From the NCBI GenBank assembly GCA_044226015.1, contig JBGAHS010000004.1, forward strand, positions 783,371-847,370: a stretch of DNA of 64,000 bases, given 5' to 3'. The notes under the pieces are model-generated. The model was not told where the DNA came from and made no database searches. It saw only the letters and a program-made list of their open reading frames with translations. Source of the stretch: Candidatus Obscuribacteraceae bacterium. GTDB lineage: Bacteria; Cyanobacteriota; Vampirovibrionia; Obscuribacterales; Obscuribacteraceae. Numbering within the stretch: the first letter of the stretch is position 1; every line of letters starts with the position of its first letter. The position numbers and the translations under genes were made by a program. Positions 11,941-21,938 of this stretch are shown piece by piece.

Positions 11941-12560
11941 GTTGTGGAATCCAGGTTGCCATAGCCGTTTTGCACCGCCCAGGCAATAAGTTCCTCACGT
12001 GTTTTCAAACCCAGTTTCAGCAATAACAATTCACACTGTTTTCGGACCGTAGCGGGCGAAGTCAAGCGCTCTTCTGCCATGTCCTGATATTTCATTCCTC
12101 TGGCAAGCATTCGTAGCACTTCTTGCTCAGACTTCGTCAATTTTGTGTCATCGCCTGTAGCAAGCGAATCGGAAACTATTGGATGCTTGCCATTGGATAT
12201 TTCGCGGATTACTTCGGCAACCCGTGAAACGCTTTCTGATTTTAGCAAGTAGCCGTAGGCGCCGATAGCCAGAACCGCTTGAACGAAGGCAAGGCGGCTC
12301 TCACCAGAAAAAACAAGAACCCTTGATCCTGGCAGATCGCAGAACTCTTTCACCATGCTTTTTGGTCCAAGCGATCCGGGCAAATGCAAGTCAAGCACTA
12401 TGATTTGCGGTTTCAGTTCTCTGGCGAGCCTGAGTCCTTCATCGGAATTTGGCGAAGCTGCCACCACCTTGATGTCTGCTTCTTGGGAAAGCCCAAACCT
12501 CAAGCCGTCAAGAGTCACCTGGTGGTCTTCGAGTATTAAAACTGTGATTGGTTCTGACAT
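11937..12560 (-). CDS. NarL/LuxR-family response regulator
   Basis: LEDH, VLDLHLPG phospho-Asp, YLLKS and a C-terminal LTKSEQEVLRMLARG HTH. Overlaps the kinase by 4 bp. Confidence 0.93.
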   Translation of the reverse strand: MSEPITVLILEDHQVTLDGLRFGLSQEADIKVVAASPNSDEGLRLARELKPQIIVLDLHLPGSLGPKSMVKEFCDLPGSRVLVFSGESRLAFVQAVLAIGAYGYLLKSESVSRVAEVIREISNGKHPIVSDSLATGDDTKLTKSEQEVLRMLARGMKYQDMAEERLTSPATVRKQCELLLLKLGLKTREELIAWAVQNGYGNLDSTT

Positions 12561-12703
12561 GTGATTATTATAGGATGCGACTTAGAAAAGAGTAATCTTG
12601 GCAAGATAATGCATTTGCTTATCTCCGGGTCATATTCTCGCAGAAACCTTACGCTAAAATGCTTTTCGAGGCAGTTGCTTTCAGGAAACTTTCGAGGTTA
12701 TTC

Positions 12704-13687
12704 ATGCGTACTATTTTCTCTGTTGTCTCATTGGCTCTGACCTTATTGTTTGCATCTCTTCCATCCGTTGAAGCTGAAACCACCAGTGGCGAACGTCGAC
12801 CGAAGATCGGCCTGGCGCTTGGTGGTGGTGGCGCCCGTGGTGCTGCCCATGTTGGGGTACTGAAAGAACTCGAAAAAGAAGGCATTCCGATAGACGTTAT
12901 CGTGGGTACCTCCATTGGCTCTGTCGTCGGTGGGCAGTACGCTGCCGGTGTTCCTCTCGATCAAATCGAGCAAGAGTTTACTTCCACCTCATTGATGCAT
13001 GCATTTATGACAGTTCCGCTCTGGTTTAGAGTTGTCGTGGCGCCAGTGATGGTGCTTCCTCGACTTCTCGGGCATCACCCGTATGATGGCTTGTATAAAG
13101 GAAACAAGTTTAGAAACTACCTTCTGAGTGAGGTTCCTTCGTCTGAGCGGAATATTGAAGAACTTAAGATTCCTTTTTCGGCAGTTGCAGTTAACCTGGT
13201 CGACGGAAATCCTAAGCGTATCACCAAGGGAAACCTGGGATATGCCATGCAGGCTAGCTGTGCAGTTCCAAGTTTGAGAAAACCCGTAGAAATTGAGGAT
13301 GGATTGTATTGCGATGGGGGCATAGCTGCTAACGTACCTGTGCGACTTTGCAAAGAAGCTGGCGCTGATTTCGTTATCGCTGTTGATATTGATGAACGCG
13401 TTCTTCCAGTTGAGAAGGATAGTTTCAGAAAGATTGGTAGCGTCGCAGAACGCCTTCTCAAGCTTCAACTTCGTGACACTGATTCTCCCCAGATTTCGGA
13501 AGCCGATGTTGTAATTCATCCAAATGTAGATGGTATCAGTCTAATCTCTACCAAGAAAGTAGATGCATTCCGTGGTCTTCAATCCGGCAGGGATGCTGCC
13601 CGAGCGGTGCTTCCAGGTTTGAAGAAAAAACTAGCTGAAAGGGGCATCAATCTCAGCGGCGTAGCCTCGTCTACAACACCTAACTAA
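12704..13687 (+). CDS. Exported patatin-like phospholipase
   Basis: Signal peptide, LALGGGGARG, GTSIG nucleophile and DGG motif. Confidence 0.92.
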   Translation: MRTIFSVVSLALTLLFASLPSVEAETTSGERRPKIGLALGGGGARGAAHVGVLKELEKEGIPIDVIVGTSIGSVVGGQYAAGVPLDQIEQEFTSTSLMHAFMTVPLWFRVVVAPVMVLPRLLGHHPYDGLYKGNKFRNYLLSEVPSSERNIEELKIPFSAVAVNLVDGNPKRITKGNLGYAMQASCAVPSLRKPVEIEDGLYCDGGIAANVPVRLCKEAGADFVIAVDIDERVLPVEKDSFRKIGSVAERLLKLQLRDTDSPQISEADVVIHPNVDGISLISTKKVDAFRGLQSGRDAARAVLPGLKKKLAERGINLSGVASSTTPN

Positions 13688-13719
13688 GGTCGGCACAAGA
13701 TGGTAGACGTGAAATAGAT

Positions 13720-14394
13720 ATGTTCAGAAAAACAGCTTTCAGTTTCGTAGGATTTCCAGTGATACTGAGCTTGTGTTGTTCGTATCCCATCTGTGCGAAG
13801 AAATCGTCAGAAGATAGCAAAGCTGCAAAGTCACACTCATCAGAAAAAGCAAGCAAAAAAAAGTTGCCTCAAAAGGCGCTCAAAGACCTCTCAGGCAAAT
13901 CGATTCAACTCCTGGTCGATACTGAAGATGTCGTCGTAAGAGGCAAGCACGGGCTGAGAATTCATGTGCAGAACAAGTCAGACCGTGCAGTGATTTTCAA
14001 TGGCGACGATGCCAAAGCAATACTTAATGGTATGGAATACCCAAGCAACATAATGGGTGAGTTCGAGGACCTTTCTGGCAGTCAGCCCACTTTTATTAGT
14101 GACCTTGATGCGACAGATGGCGGCAATCCCACTGCTATCTCCATAAAAGGAATTCAGTCATATAACGACCTCCTGAGGAAACCCAAGCCAACGCTTGATC
14201 GCTTTAATCGAGACGACTACCAGCGTAAAGCGGAAGATCAAACTCGGTTTGGGCAACGTATTCTCTGGCCCGGCGACTCCTCGTCAGGCACCATAATATT
14301 CCAGTCTTCAGAGGCTCTGGGCAATGCTCAAGTAAAGATACCAATTTGTTCTTTCTTTGATGCTGCCGATAAGGCTGAGGCAAGCAATAAATGA
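13720..14394 (+). CDS. Exported hypothetical protein
   Basis: Signal-peptide-like N-terminus. Co-oriented and tightly spaced with its neighbours. Confidence 0.75.
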   Translation: MFRKTAFSFVGFPVILSLCCSYPICAKKSSEDSKAAKSHSSEKASKKKLPQKALKDLSGKSIQLLVDTEDVVVRGKHGLRIHVQNKSDRAVIFNGDDAKAILNGMEYPSNIMGEFEDLSGSQPTFISDLDATDGGNPTAISIKGIQSYNDLLRKPKPTLDRFNRDDYQRKAEDQTRFGQRILWPGDSSSGTIIFQSSEALGNAQVKIPICSFFDAADKAEASNK

Positions 14395-15293
14395 ATTTTG
14401 CGAATAACTCAAGGCTTGTCTTTTCTGTTTTTGCAGCATCTTTGTTGAATAGCGCACCATGTAATGCAGAAACAAGCGAGCTGCCTTTTACTTATCGCGG
14501 CGGCCACATAATTTGTATTCCTGCGACTCTTAATTCAAAAAAACAGAGTACTTTTATTCTTGATACCGGGGCTGGTGTCAACATTCTTTCTGATAAGTTG
14601 CAGAAAGAACACGCCTCCGCAGCCACTGCTCGTCATTCAGGCAAACGAATGTCTGGGCAGGCGCTGCAGATGAAAATAGCAACGGTTCCGGAGATCAAAG
14701 TTGGAGCTGTGCAGCAAAAACTCTCGAAGGTGGCAATCTGGAATACAGAGGATTTGTTTGGGCACAGCAAAGAGTTTGCTGACATAGCCGGAATTCTCTC
14801 GCTGAACTTTTTCAGAAAAGTTCCATTTACTCTGGACTATAAGAGAAAGGTACTCATTCTCGAAGATAGCGAATCGTTGAAAAAACGTGTCGCAACCGGC
14901 ATACGGGTGCCGGTCAAAATCGAGAGCAAGGGTGATGTGGAACTTTCAATCAAAGTACCAATAAGCATTGATAAAAATCCTCGGCTGTTCGCTGAAGTCG
15001 ACACCGGCAGTGATTCTCTTATTCTGGATTTGAGATACATGAAATCTCTCAACATACGCAATGCGAAAATCAAACGGGTCGTCGGCAAGGACGAAACGGG
15101 GCACAGTTTTATTCGCTATTTTACTGAACTTCCTGGGAATATATGCTTAAAGGACGCCCCATCAATCTCGCAGAAGAAGCCCGACGTCATGTTTCAGAAG
15201 ATAATTCATGATGGACTCATTGGGAATTCGTTCTTGAAGCAATTTACGGTTACCTACGACCTGGCCCATTCCCAGATGATTTTCAGCAACTAA
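14391..15293 (+). CDS. Exported retropepsin-like aspartyl protease with two catalytic half-domains
   Basis: FILDTGA...AGILSLNFF and EVDTGS...DGLIGNSFLKQF, plus a signal peptide. Confidence 0.88.
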   Translation: MNFANNSRLVFSVFAASLLNSAPCNAETSELPFTYRGGHIICIPATLNSKKQSTFILDTGAGVNILSDKLQKEHASAATARHSGKRMSGQALQMKIATVPEIKVGAVQQKLSKVAIWNTEDLFGHSKEFADIAGILSLNFFRKVPFTLDYKRKVLILEDSESLKKRVATGIRVPVKIESKGDVELSIKVPISIDKNPRLFAEVDTGSDSLILDLRYMKSLNIRNAKIKRVVGKDETGHSFIRYFTELPGNICLKDAPSISQKKPDVMFQKIIHDGLIGNSFLKQFTVTYDLAHSQMIFSN

Positions 15294-15297
15294 TTCA

Positions 15298-17661
15298 TTG
15301 ATGAGCAGCTTAAAAGTTGGCGAGCTATTTCAAGAGCGATACTTGATCAAAGCACGTCTCGGCGCTGGCGGAATGGGTGATGTATATCGCGCTACTCAAG
15401 TTGATGTAGGACGAGATGTCGCGCTGAAGCTTTTGCGTTCCGACAGTATTGGCGATGATGAAACGGTGAAGCGGTTCTATCGTGAGTTCAAAATTTTGTC
15501 GAGACTGCAACATTCTCATATCGTGACCATTTACGGACTGGCGCTCGATGAGCAAAATGTTCCTTATGCCGTCTGCGAATTTATAGAGGGTAGGAGTCTT
15601 CGCTCTGTTTTGCAACAAGGAGCACTCGATTGGCAGAGAGCTTGCAAATTACTGATTCAAATCTGTGATGCAATGCAATACGCTCATGAACAGCAGGTTG
15701 TGCACCGAGATCTTAAGCCTGACAATATCATGTTGCTTGATAAACCTGAGGCAGACTTCGTCAAAATAATTGATTTTGGATTGTCTCGTGCCGCCATCGT
15801 TGAACTTGATGAGTCACAAAAGCTTACTTTCACAGGGCAACTCTTGGGCACCCCAAACTATATGAGCCCAGAAATGACGCCAAACAGCTTAAAGGCTGAG
15901 ATTTACTCTCTGGGATGCATTATGTTCGAAATGCTTGCTGGAGAGTTTCTATTTGACGCCGACACCGCTGTTGGAACCTTGTATTTGCATGCAAATACTG
16001 ACCCGGCGACTCGTTTTGGAAAAATCAAAGCTGCACCTTTTGCACTTTACCATGTGATGAAAAAGGCACTCGCGAAAAGTCCTGACGAGCGGTACGCTTC
16101 AATGAAAGACTTTCAAAAAAGCCTCGAAGAAATCATGAAAGACCCAAGCAACATTATTGCTGGAGCGGCTTTTAATGAGCACAAACGTGCGCCCCTAAGA
16201 ATCAATACAAAGCTTCTTGTTGGTGCTTTGATAGTAACTTCGATACTAGCAATTGGCTCTCTCGCTCCCAGAAAAAATGAAAATGTAAGCAAGATGTCCG
16301 AAGGATTTGGTAGTTTGAAATACACACCAATTTCCAAATTACCATCAAGGCTTTCCAATAACATCGATCTTATAACCAGCGAAACATGGATTAAAGAGAA
16401 TCTCCAATCGACCCGCGCGAGTTATGAGGACATCGCGACGATTGCTTGGCACAGCCTCAGATATCGAAGAAATCATGGAATGTCAATTTCTCCTCCCTAT
16501 GCTGAGGAGCTGCTTGTGAAAATCCATGATGCTGCAAGGCACGTGAGAAATTCAAAGCAAAAAATGCTTCTTATTCTGCGCGAGGCTCGTCTGTGTGTAC
16601 TTCTAAAGCAACCTGATAAAGCACTGGAATTGGTCAAGCAAGTTATACCTCACGGGCTATCTGATGACCTGATTTATACTGATGAGCTGAAGTTGATCAT
16701 TGACCTGTCAACAGAGTTCGGTGAAGACCCCAAGCCATTTCTAGCTTTGGTCAATAAAGTCGGTCTTGCATCAACGAACTATATGACCATTGCTTCCGTT
16801 TATTTGCTCGATGCCAATTTCTCAAGCAATGAAAATGAGCGCAAAACTCTGGCTTTGAAGGCCTATCATGAATTAGTGAACGCTGACATAGCCGGTATGT
16901 CTTCCAACCCCTCGCTCGTTCTTGAGTGCATCGAGCAATTGCGGGTAGTGGGATGCCATCAAGAGGTAATTCGCCTGGGCGAGAATGTTAGCGCCTACTT
17001 CGAAACCATCTCAGAGGTTTCATATTTGATTCAGCACCTGGTGGCGCAATCTTACCTCGATAGTGGTCAGACTTCTAAAGGTCTGCGTTTGGCAAAATCT
17101 CTGCGCGAGAAATTGATGATGCGACCTATAGACAATCTTCTCGACGATTCCGAATGCGTAGTGATAGAGGCTCTCTCGGGACGTGATTTCGGCTCTAACG
17201 TTGCAAGAGATGAAGCAAAGAATTATTTTGACTCAATCTACGCTAACTATCCAGGGCACCTGCACGAGTCGATGCCAAAAATTTTTGCAAAGCTGGACTC
17301 AAGAAAAAAAGCTCGTTGGAGGCTGAATTATCTGGTTGACGAATACGCAGACAAATTGGCTATGGGCTATCCTGAAACGAGTAGGGCTCTGCGCATGTTT
17401 CGCATTCGCTTGATTATGAAGGACCGGCTTGATCATGTTCCAGATCCGCTTACCAGACAAGGAAAGCAGGAGTCCATGAGTAGAGCTAGAAACTTGCTCA
17501 AGGATTTTAGTTCTTCCAATTTGGTGGGAGCGATTGATTTGAAAACACTCGATGATTTATCTGAATTCTTCGCTAAGTCAGGGCTGGAAAATGAGTCTAA
17601 GCAGTGTAAGAGTATGAAAGCCACTCTGGAGGCGGGTCTCATAAAAAATATACGCAGATAA
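15298..17661 (+). CDS. Hanks-type Ser/Thr protein kinase with one TM helix and a helical C-terminal domain
   Basis: LGAGGMGDVY, VALK, HRDLKPDN, DFG and GTPNYMSPE. TM segment LLVGALIVTSILAIGSLA. Confidence 0.93.
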   Translation: MMSSLKVGELFQERYLIKARLGAGGMGDVYRATQVDVGRDVALKLLRSDSIGDDETVKRFYREFKILSRLQHSHIVTIYGLALDEQNVPYAVCEFIEGRSLRSVLQQGALDWQRACKLLIQICDAMQYAHEQQVVHRDLKPDNIMLLDKPEADFVKIIDFGLSRAAIVELDESQKLTFTGQLLGTPNYMSPEMTPNSLKAEIYSLGCIMFEMLAGEFLFDADTAVGTLYLHANTDPATRFGKIKAAPFALYHVMKKALAKSPDERYASMKDFQKSLEEIMKDPSNIIAGAAFNEHKRAPLRINTKLLVGALIVTSILAIGSLAPRKNENVSKMSEGFGSLKYTPISKLPSRLSNNIDLITSETWIKENLQSTRASYEDIATIAWHSLRYRRNHGMSISPPYAEELLVKIHDAARHVRNSKQKMLLILREARLCVLLKQPDKALELVKQVIPHGLSDDLIYTDELKLIIDLSTEFGEDPKPFLALVNKVGLASTNYMTIASVYLLDANFSSNENERKTLALKAYHELVNADIAGMSSNPSLVLECIEQLRVVGCHQEVIRLGENVSAYFETISEVSYLIQHLVAQSYLDSGQTSKGLRLAKSLREKLMMRPIDNLLDDSECVVIEALSGRDFGSNVARDEAKNYFDSIYANYPGHLHESMPKIFAKLDSRKKARWRLNYLVDEYADKLAMGYPETSRALRMFRIRLIMKDRLDHVPDPLTRQGKQESMSRARNLLKDFSSSNLVGAIDLKTLDDLSEFFAKSGLENESKQCKSMKATLEAGLIKNIRR

Positions 17662-17746
17662 GTGTATTTGACAGCAATCGCGTGAAGGACTCAAAACGCT
17701 GGCCAAAAGATGCAATTTCGGGAAATTAGTTCAATATTTTGAGAAC

Positions 17747-17781
17747 AAACTAACAAATATTACACAACTCACTCACATAAT
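17747..17781 (+). promoter_or_regulatory. Conserved upstream box, copy A, ending in -10-like CATAAT
   Basis: AAACTAACAAATATTACACAACTCACTCACATAAT, 29/35 identical to the reverse complement of 29568-29602. Confidence 0.7.
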
Positions 17782-17895
17782 GGGTAAATACTTAGTACAT
17801 AGTGCTCTAGGTGTGCGCGGCCGTAGTTGGCACTGCAAATCACATTCGAGCGATTCTAACCGGGACAACAAAACGATCGCCTATGGGGGTGCGTT

Positions 17896-19674
17896 GTGTC
17901 ATTACTAAAGAAATTGTCGGGTTGCAGCATACTAGTCTCACTAGCGATTGGTTCAATCGGCTTGCAAACACCAGCATTCTCACAAGCAACTCAGGCTTAT
18001 AGCCCGGTGCAAGCTAAAAAGCAATATAACCAGGAGTCCCGAAACGAGGAACTTCGCAAATCAGAAGCGAAGAATACCAAGAGCAAGGCCGCAGTGCAGC
18101 CTGGACAGGGAATGGGTTCGCAGAATTCCTACGGTTTCGGTATGAGTGAGTCAAGCCAGCAAATGGCTATGCAGACGAACCCCACAGGTGGGGGCGGTGG
18201 CTCTGGTCAGGGCGGTGGTGCCCAGGTCATGGTCGAAATGCTCGACACTGATACTTACTGGGAGAAAGGTCAATACAACGGTTCTTCAGCTGGTGAGGAA
18301 AACAGTTACACTGGCGTCTACGATTCATTCTTGAAACGTACAGAGCAAATTGAAGCGATGAAAATGCCTACCCCTGGCGACAATGATCTCTCCGCAGGCG
18401 ACTTCCAGATGGGAGGTGGCGGAGGTGGTGGTGGCGGCGGTGCCGCCGGAAACAGTAACGCAGACGGTAAAGAAGGCGGTAAGCCGCTGACAGCCGCAGG
18501 CGATGCCGTGGCGAAGGCTCACCAGGCTGGTGTCGGAGCGCAAAAAGCCGGTGACCCGGCCGGCAGTTCTAATCAGTCAAAGTGTAATTCACAAGGTTGC
18601 TCGTCAGCTGCGGCAAGTTCTGCCGGAGAAGATGCTATCCAATGTTTGATGAATGCAATGGATGGCATGACTCTCAATCTTATAAATGTAGCGAACGAAG
18701 ATGCCGGCACTCCTTGTGCCTCCAATCAGATTTCCAAAACTTACTCGAATGCCGTTTGGATGGTTCAGCGCATGTACAAAACATGCTTCCTTCCAATGGC
18801 GATTTTGTTCTTGCTTCCAGGAGCGCTAATCACAAACATCAAAACCTTCATCGGTTTTGGCATTCTCCACAATAACAATGATGAAGATGCTGTGAGCCCC
18901 TGGACTGGTATTCTGCGCTCGATAATTGCAATCTTCTTGATTCCAATGACTCAAGTTGTAGTCAGCTACATGGTAGACGTTGGAAATTCACTTCAAAATG
19001 CTTGCCAGCCCTACGTCAACGTACCGTTGATTATCTTGTGGGCCGAAGAACAGGTGCAAATTTTCAAACCTGAACAGCAAGGTAGTCCTATCAAGAACTT
19101 GCCAAACATTCCTTTCGCTCCATGGAGAGGTAAGTTTGCTGGTATGCCTGTGGGCGGTGCTGTGATGGAGCAGATCAGCGGACTTGATGCTGCATTGAGT
19201 GAACTTGCAAATGAATGTACCCATATCCTTTCTGAGGGGCTGACTATAGCTCACGCTTTCCAGGTTGTGATGGTCTGCTATTTACTCTTACTTGGTCCGC
19301 TGGCGGCTGCCTTTTTCGCCTGGCCATCGGTAGGGCGAGACCTCTTCCGAAAAGCCTTTGCTTCATGGGTCGATGGCGTCGTCATCTTGAGTCTATGGAA
19401 GTTCTGGTGGAACATCGTTCTTATTTGTATGACTGTTAGATGTGAGTCTGGTGCACTAAATCCATTCGACCCATTCGAGGTTTACTACCTTGCAGCATTC
19501 CTTTGTATTTTGATGTTCGTTCCCTTCAATCCATTCGACTTCAAACCGGGTGAAATTGTAGGTAACGCAATGAAACACGCAGAAGCTGTTGCGTCTAAAG
19601 TCGCGCAAGGTGGCAAGGGTGGTGGCTCAGGCGGTGGCGGTGGCAAAGGCGGCGGCAAAACCATGCCTGGCTAA
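17896..19674 (+). CDS. Membrane protein with Gly-rich exported N-terminus and a VirB6/TrbL-like multi-TM core (short paralog)
   Basis: Signal peptide and Gly tracts, then TMs FLPMAILFLLPGA, ILRSIIAIFLIP..VDVGNSL and LLLLGPLAAAFFAWP..FASW. The ORF is solid; the family call is pattern-based. Confidence 0.7.
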   Translation: MSLLKKLSGCSILVSLAIGSIGLQTPAFSQATQAYSPVQAKKQYNQESRNEELRKSEAKNTKSKAAVQPGQGMGSQNSYGFGMSESSQQMAMQTNPTGGGGGSGQGGGAQVMVEMLDTDTYWEKGQYNGSSAGEENSYTGVYDSFLKRTEQIEAMKMPTPGDNDLSAGDFQMGGGGGGGGGGAAGNSNADGKEGGKPLTAAGDAVAKAHQAGVGAQKAGDPAGSSNQSKCNSQGCSSAAASSAGEDAIQCLMNAMDGMTLNLINVANEDAGTPCASNQISKTYSNAVWMVQRMYKTCFLPMAILFLLPGALITNIKTFIGFGILHNNNDEDAVSPWTGILRSIIAIFLIPMTQVVVSYMVDVGNSLQNACQPYVNVPLIILWAEEQVQIFKPEQQGSPIKNLPNIPFAPWRGKFAGMPVGGAVMEQISGLDAALSELANECTHILSEGLTIAHAFQVVMVCYLLLLGPLAAAFFAWPSVGRDLFRKAFASWVDGVVILSLWKFWWNIVLICMTVRCESGALNPFDPFEVYYLAAFLCILMFVPFNPFDFKPGEIVGNAMKHAEAVASKVAQGGKGGGSGGGGGKGGGKTMPG

Positions 19675-19715
19675 GGTAGAATCTAATAAGCATTTGTCTT
19701 GTTGGAGTTTGACTG

Positions 19716-20303
19716 ATGAAAAAATGGTATCATTTGCTGGCTATTCTCCCGCTTTTGATTGCTGTTTGCAGCTGCTCAGAAGCGCCTAAGGACAAGGAAG
19801 ACAGTTCGAAAGGAACTGGCTTGTTTACCGAAAGTTCTGATAATCCTAACGGAATTGCATCGGGGATGAGCGGTTTCAATGCTGGTGCCTTTAATCAGGA
19901 ACCAGAAGGTCCGCAGTATCAGCAACCTAATATGGATGTCTTAAAAGGAAAGCCACAGCTTTTTCCTTCTCGATATCCGATCAAGCGTTACCCAGGCGCC
20001 AAAGTAACCATGGTTGATGTTCGACCCAACCGACCACCTGGCTACAAGAATTTGGTGATGATGGCTACTGCTGACCCTAGCAAGCGCATCTCAGGCTTCT
20101 ATCAGCATCAAATGATTGGCGAGCAATGGAAGAAAGTTAGTGAGTATCGAAACGATATATATGAATGCTCTCGTTGGGTTAAGGGAGATCTGGAGGCAGA
20201 GGTTCGAATCATGCCTGATCTCGTAGCCAGCAACAGCGATAAAAAATATGTGCAGATCCTTTACGGACTGAAGGGAAAGAAAATAGCTCCACCAAAGATG
20301 TAA
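19716..20303 (+). CDS. Putative lipoprotein
   Basis: MKKWYHLLAILPLLIAVCSC signal/lipobox-like N-terminus with a GGAG RBS. Confidence 0.78.
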   Translation: MKKWYHLLAILPLLIAVCSCSEAPKDKEDSSKGTGLFTESSDNPNGIASGMSGFNAGAFNQEPEGPQYQQPNMDVLKGKPQLFPSRYPIKRYPGAKVTMVDVRPNRPPGYKNLVMMATADPSKRISGFYQHQMIGEQWKKVSEYRNDIYECSRWVKGDLEAEVRIMPDLVASNSDKKYVQILYGLKGKKIAPPKM

Positions 20304-20404
20304 TCTGGAGTCCGAGCCGAGCCCGGCGGATTCTTGCGCATCAACAAATTGTGGACTGATTACGTTTAGCGAGATCGAAGCGGATTACTTGTAGTAAGAT
20401 CGGA

Positions 20405-21934
20405 TTACTTGTAGCGAGCAACACTTCTGTTGTCTTGTTCGTTTATGTCATTAAGGTTAGGCTGATCACTGCCTGTGCCAGGGTCGAGCTTGATGATAGT
20501 TGATGCTTTGGAGTTTGGCTCTCCAGGAAGAGACCCGGCTTTGGATTGAACCTCTGGTCCTTTAGATGGGCTCTGAGCCTGTGCTGTTTCATTTGGATCT
20601 TTTGGCTGGGCTTCCTTTTGCTGAGCTTCTCTTTGCTGAGCGTCAGCCAGTTCATCTGGTGTCTGTTTATGCTCTGCCACCGCCTTTTGGCTTTCTCTCA
20701 GTCGATGAACGAGCGCTACAACATTGTCGTTTTCTTCTTTCGATTTAGTTAGTTCGTGGGCTTTCTGCAGGCAGAGTGTTGCCTGGTCGAAGTCTTTTGC
20801 TTTTATACTAATCGCCGCACAGTATGCCCAACTACTGCAATTCTGATTCTTTGGGTCATTAAGTATAGAAAGCAAGAATTTCTTCTCTTCATCGTATTTC
20901 TTTTGAAGCTCAAGCACCTTCACGTAGACCCGAACTGTGCGGCTTTCGAGCGGGTCAATTGCAAGAATCTTTTTGAAGGGCTCTTCTGCCTGTGCATATT
21001 TCTTTTGAAACATACGCGTCAGTCCAAGATTTAGGAGGTACTCGGTGTTTTTCGCGTCTAGTTCAGAGGCTTTTGCGAAGCCCTCCTCAGCCTTGTCAAA
21101 AAGATTTTGCCGACGCCAAACTTCGCCCAGGGTTGCCCATAGGCTTGGATTGTAAGGGTTCAGGTAGCTTGCTCTTTTCAGATAATGGTCTGCTCCATCA
21201 AGATCATCCCTGTTGTATAGCAACATTCCGATTGTGATCCAGTGTTCCGGGTTGCTTTTGTCCAGGTCTGCTGCCTGCCTGTATTCCATTTCCATTCTTT
21301 GCTCATCGCCGAGCAGCTGATGGTACTTGCCAGAGAGAAACCAATATCTAGCATCATCCTTCTCAAGCCTGGCAGAGCCGTTGTAAGTCTTTTTTGCTTC
21401 GTCTGTTTTGTTTTCTAGCTGCAAAATCAATGCAAGTTGCGCGCAGGCAACCGAGCTGAGTGGGTCCAGCGAAAGGGCTGTTTTTGCTGCTTTCTCCGCT
21501 TCTTCCAGGCGGGCTTTATCGTGGGAAAGGCAATCAGCCATAGCCAACCATGCATCGAAATTGTTCTTTTGCAGTTCAGTGACTTTTCTAAAATCGCCCT
21601 CTGCTTCTTTGTACTTATGTTGCTTCAGCTCTACGATGCCGAGCGCCTTGTAGAATCGCCAGTCGGCCGGATATATAGAGATAGCAGTTTTGAACCTTGC
21701 TTCTGCATCTGTCAACAGATAACGCTGGCTAAAACCAACTCCGGCATCATAAGCCTCTCGAGCCTTTAACCAGGTAATCATGTTGCCATTCCATGGGTAC
21801 TCGGAAAGCAACATTGACGACGACATGCCGATGATAACGACAAAAAGAGCACCAAAGACGAGCGCTCTGCGACGTGTGCTTTTCGAGGCAGCTTTGAGGT
21901 CTTTTTTGCGTTCTAAAAGTGCAAATATTTTCAA
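20405..21934 (-). CDS. Single-TM TPR protein
   Basis: N-terminal TM, many TPR repeats and a low-complexity C-terminal tail. Confidence 0.88.
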   Translation of the reverse strand: MKIFALLERKKDLKAASKSTRRRALVFGALFVVIIGMSSSMLLSEYPWNGNMITWLKAREAYDAGVGFSQRYLLTDAEARFKTAISIYPADWRFYKALGIVELKQHKYKEAEGDFRKVTELQKNNFDAWLAMADCLSHDKARLEEAEKAAKTALSLDPLSSVACAQLALILQLENKTDEAKKTYNGSARLEKDDARYWFLSGKYHQLLGDEQRMEMEYRQAADLDKSNPEHWITIGMLLYNRDDLDGADHYLKRASYLNPYNPSLWATLGEVWRRQNLFDKAEEGFAKASELDAKNTEYLLNLGLTRMFQKKYAQAEEPFKKILAIDPLESRTVRVYVKVLELQKKYDEEKKFLLSILNDPKNQNCSSWAYCAAISIKAKDFDQATLCLQKAHELTKSKEENDNVVALVHRLRESQKAVAEHKQTPDELADAQQREAQQKEAQPKDPNETAQAQSPSKGPEVQSKAGSLPGEPNSKASTIIKLDPGTGSDQPNLNDINEQDNRSVARYK

Positions 21935-21938
21935 GGGT

